DNA from: Microbotryum violaceum
Taxonomy: Eukaryota
NCBI GenBank assembly: GCA_001244265.2
Contig: CDLV01000010.1
Location: forward strand, 1,612,001-1,676,000
DNA: 64,000 nt
Direction: 5' to 3'
The notes beneath the pieces are model-generated. The model searched no databases and was not told the origin of the DNA. It saw only the letters and a list, made by a program, of their open reading frames with translations. Made by a program: the position numbers and the translations under genes. Below, one piece after another: positions 60,270 to 64,000 of the stretch; positions within the stretch are counted from its first letter, which is position 1, and each line of letters begins with the position of its first letter.

Positions 60270-61525
60270 ACAACGCCCTCTTCACGTTTCAAAGTCCGAC
60301 AAGTGTGTCGACTAGACCCGTTGTCTGAGCGGTCGGAATAGCTAGTGTGTGGCAGAACGCTTTTATTTCTATGCGATAGTGACTATCTAAACTTCTGTGT
60401 GATGTCTTGCAGCTGTTTGTGTATGCAATGATGAGTGCTGTTTTGATTAGGTCACATTGCCTCGATTTCGGCCACGACTTTCGTTTACGGAAAATACCGA
60501 GCCTCTTCGTTCGGGTGCTACAGCCGGGTGACTATAGACTGGCCCGCAAGAGCGATTGCAGCAACAGATCGAGTCTCGCTTTCAAAGCTTCCGGACAGTC
60601 GGTGACCGGAGTACAGTCCGGTACGGACTCTCATAGGCGGCGGCGCGATTGGCCTCAGTGGAGAAGACTGAGAGATAAATGAGTATGTATGGGTAGGCAG
60701 TCATGTGCAAATGCATGTACGCGTATGCACACGTATGCAGGAGCGCCAGATGCCGTACTCGTCTGCTAGCGACGGCCCCTCGATGCCGGTTTCGCATCAA
60801 GTGGGGGTGGGGGCTGCAAGAGTCAAGAGTGGAGCATCGGCGTACTTGCTTGAAGCAAGGGGAGGGTGGAAACCCCATCGAATTAATTCAGAAGCTCGAA
60901 GATACAGTAGATTAGATGTTGAGCTTTGTTCGATAATTCCTCCATGTCTAGCTACCGGCGGTATGACCTTGAGGAGAGTGCAGTGGGAGACCTACGCGGC
61001 GGAGTCACTCGACCGAGCTTGATCGAATGCGCCGCGAGCGGAGGTGTAGGAGCTAGGGGGATATCATATGGGTGCTTAATAAGCATATGGGTTCGAAGAA
61101 GCTGCGTATCTTCCTTTACCTCCTAAAGTAGCTGCCATAGCTGCCGCAGCGAGGCGATGTTGACCCGCACCCGGCCCGGCCGGGGACCGCCGGGGGGTCC
61201 TACACGGGGGAGCGGCGCTGAGCGCAGTGCAGTGGATGGCCACCGTATCCTCCGAAGTCTTGGTAAAAGTCCGAATTTTTCTAGCCGGGAAGAGAGAGAG
61301 CTTGGCCTCCACTGACAATTGAAACTCGACTCGGTCTGGTGGCGGTGGTGGTACCCCATGTCACCTGTTCTCGGCAGCGCCATGATACTAGTAGTATTCG
61401 GGTTCAGCAGGAGTAATGGTCACTTCGGACCCGGACTCGTGGTGCTCGATCGTGCTTCTTGACCTCCCGTCCATCACCGCTCGAATTCCCCTCTTCGACA
61501 CTTTCCCAGTCCGTTTCTCTCAGCA

Positions 61526-62131
61526 ATGGCAATGCCCCAGTGAGCCCCACATCCTGCACTGCTTCCGTGCTCTGCCTTTTCCTGACCTCTTTTGTGGGGA
61601 ATCCAACGGTGAATAGCGCCCCACCTCCGCCCGAGACTGCCGATGGGGCGCACCACTTCGAATCCACCCTTGCTGACCACCAGTCCCTCTCTCACCTCTT
61701 ACCTCAGCCCCTCCTACAATGAGCCTTTCATCCAACTCGCGCTCTTAACTGTCAAAGAAGGCCAGGGCGACCTCGCGCAACCGCTGCTATCCAAAGTACG
61801 GCAATGCGCCGAATCGGATCAAGAACCGAGGTGCTTGACGTTTAGGACGTCGAGGGGGTCCAAAGAGGATGGGAAGGGAGACGAGTTCACGGTTTATGAG
61901 GAGTACGCGTCAAGGGAGGCGTTGACGGTGCATAGGGGACTAGACGTGAGCTTTTTCAACCACGGAGAAGGAGAGCTTACGTGAATGATGAGGTGGGAAA
62001 GTGGAGCTGATGGAAGAGTTGTTGTTTGATGCTTCCCCTTCGTCGTGTTCCTATAACAGGCTTTCCTAGCCCTGGCGAACTCCGGGCTGATCATCAAGAA
62101 GGAACTCATCCTCGGTAACGAGTTCAAGTAA
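61526..62131 (+). CDS. Small ABM-domain (antibiotic biosynthesis monooxygenase / dimeric alpha-beta barrel) protein
   Basis: Three exons (introns 61540-61707 and about 61946-62059). Translation includes EPRCLTFRTSR...FTVYEEYASREALTVH. Confidence 0.75.
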
Positions 62132-62671
62132 ACAGCTAGTCTGGTCGGAGTCGGTCTGACTCATGCAGTGGCTTCCTGGAGGTGCCTGTAGGGCAGTCAA
62201 CGTAAGGATAGGCATCACAGGAGGTGAAAACATTGTATGATTGGGAGGTATACACGCAATCCAAAGCGGTCAACAAGTCGTCCTTGCATCAGCAATGAAG
62301 AAGGCCGAGACTTGTTGCCTTGAGCGGACCTGGCACACCATGCTCGGAGACTTCGCCGAGGCGAGATCGCAGGCTCACGTCATCATGAGGAAAACCGGAC
62401 TTGAGCGGGGATTTTTCCGTCACCTTTCTGTTCTCTCTGTTCCCTATCACATTATCACTTCTATCAAACCCTAGCCTTCCTTTCCATGTCAGTATGAAAC
62501 TGAAGTGGCCGTATTCGTGGTCATGGACGGACTCCGTCTCACTCTCCGCCTTCCGTCCATGAATGTGGGGCGGCACCCGGCTGTTGAACACGCCGGCGGT
62601 CGATCGCCATGAATCCTATGCTGAGGATGCTCACACCTCCCGCGGCTCTTGCACAGACCAACAAGAACACC

Positions 62672-64000
62672 ATGTCGCCCTCAATTCCTTCCACTCAGTC
62701 CCGTGTTATCCTGATCAACCGACCTACAGGTGACATCAACCCCGACATCACCTCAGGCAAGGGCACCTTCAAGCTCGAGAAGGATGTCCCCGTCGAACAG
62801 CCCAAGGAAGGCCAAGCCTTGATCAAGGTCGAGTGGAGTTCCATCGATCCGGCCATGCGAGGTGAGCTAGCTTCTACCTGTTTCTTTGCAAATATAATGA
62901 TAAGTTGTGCTTGTGTGAAACAGGATGGCTCGACGACTCGCGATCGTACATGCCCCCCGTTCCCCTCAACTCAGTCATGCGCGCCGGCACTGTCGGCTCC
63001 ATCGTCGCCCTCGGTTCCAACACCGAAGGCTTCTCCATCGGCGACCACGTCTCGGCCTACGTCGGATGGCAAGAATACGCTGTCGCCCCCGTCGCGGCCC
63101 TGCAGAAGATTCCCACGACTCTCAAAGGACCTGAGAAGGCCCTTTCCGTTTTGGGCACGGTCGCTCAGACCGCTTACTGGGGCTTGTTCGACGTCGCTCA
63201 ATTGACCTCCAAGGACAAGGTGGTCGTCGTCTCGGGAGCCGCCGGTGCCGTCGGGTCGATTGCGATCCAATTGGCCAAGTTGACCGGGTGCGAGAAGGTC
63301 GTCGGTATCGCCGGTGGTGCGGACAAGTGCCGCTACGTCAAGGAAAAGCTCGGTGCAGATGACTGCCTCGACTACAAATCTGCGAGCTTCAAGGAGGACT
63401 TGAAGCGTCTCGGCTTCGTGGACGTCTACTTTGACAACGTCGGTGGCGAGATCCTGGATTTGGTTATGGGCCAACTGGCTGTGCACGCTCGCATTGCTTG
63501 TGAGTGGGTTCGAGACCCCTCCCTCTGACGTGAAATTGCGCTAATATGACATTCCTTCTGTGTTCTTTACCTCGCCAGTCTGCGGCGCTATCTCGTAGGT
63601 TTTGATCAAGTCCCGTTTAGCAAAGGCATGCTGGTGATGGATCCGGCTACTGACGCTCGCACTGATTCTCCCAACAGCGCTTACAATTCGACTGGTGATC
63701 ACTACGCGCTCAAGAACTACGTCCAACTGCTCATGCAAAAGGCCAAGCTTCACGGTTTCATCATCATGGACTACGTCTCTCGCTTCGGCGAATCCCTGCG
63801 TGAGTTTGACTCCTGTTTTTGATCAGGCACCGTGCCTGAAGCGCGGGTATTGCCCTGACGAACTCGTACAATGCTCTTTATCAATGTTTTACCAACCCTT
63901 CCTACCCATTTTCTCGAAATCAGCCAAGCTCTCAAAGTGGTACTCGGAAGGCAAGCTCCAACTTGCCGAGCACAAGATCGAAGGTGGTGTCGAGCAATGC
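62672..64000 (+). CDS. PTGR1/CurA-like NADP-dependent oxidoreductase, copy 2 (runs off the window)
   Basis: SIDPAMRG|WLDDSRSYMPPV, TAYWGL, VVVSGAAGAVGS and [12 protein letters not shown]. Clear paralog of 56194-57773. Confidence 0.92.

Overview
Gene-dense, intron-rich eukaryotic DNA (short GT-AG introns with CTRAY branch points). It is fungal and most likely a basidiomycete yeast; that placement is inferred from gene style only. About 20 protein-coding genes can be assembled by hand: an AAA ATPase (3' part), CocE/NonD hydrolase, PhyH-like dioxygenase, dihydroxy-acid dehydratase (ILV3-like), degenerate pepsin-like secreted protein, repeat-motif protein, GH16 glucanase, HERP/Usa1-like ubiquitin-domain protein, Cys-rich secreted protein, IRC20/SHPRH-like SNF2-RING helicase, multi-CxxC protein, sugar O-acetyltransferase, MFS sugar transporter, REC8-like kleisin, SWIM-finger minimal ATP-dependent DNA ligase, NEM1-like phosphatase, ABM-domain protein and two paralogous PTGR1-like oxidoreductases. 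The clearest structure is an intact, very young 4672-bp Ty1/copia element (LTRs 6735-7013 and 11127-11406, TSD AAGAG, half-tRNA-iMet type PBS). It is inserted antisense into the polypyrimidine tract of an 82-nt intron of the dehydratase gene, and its LTR ends supply both a cryptic 3' splice site and a candidate replacement branch point. Other leads are the SWIM-fused LigE/virus-like ligase next to REC8, a gap-free 30-aa motif repeated four times in a hypothetical protein, and a hairpin-dense non-coding stretch near 30.3-30.9 kb. Exon boundaries were read by eye and no database searches were run.
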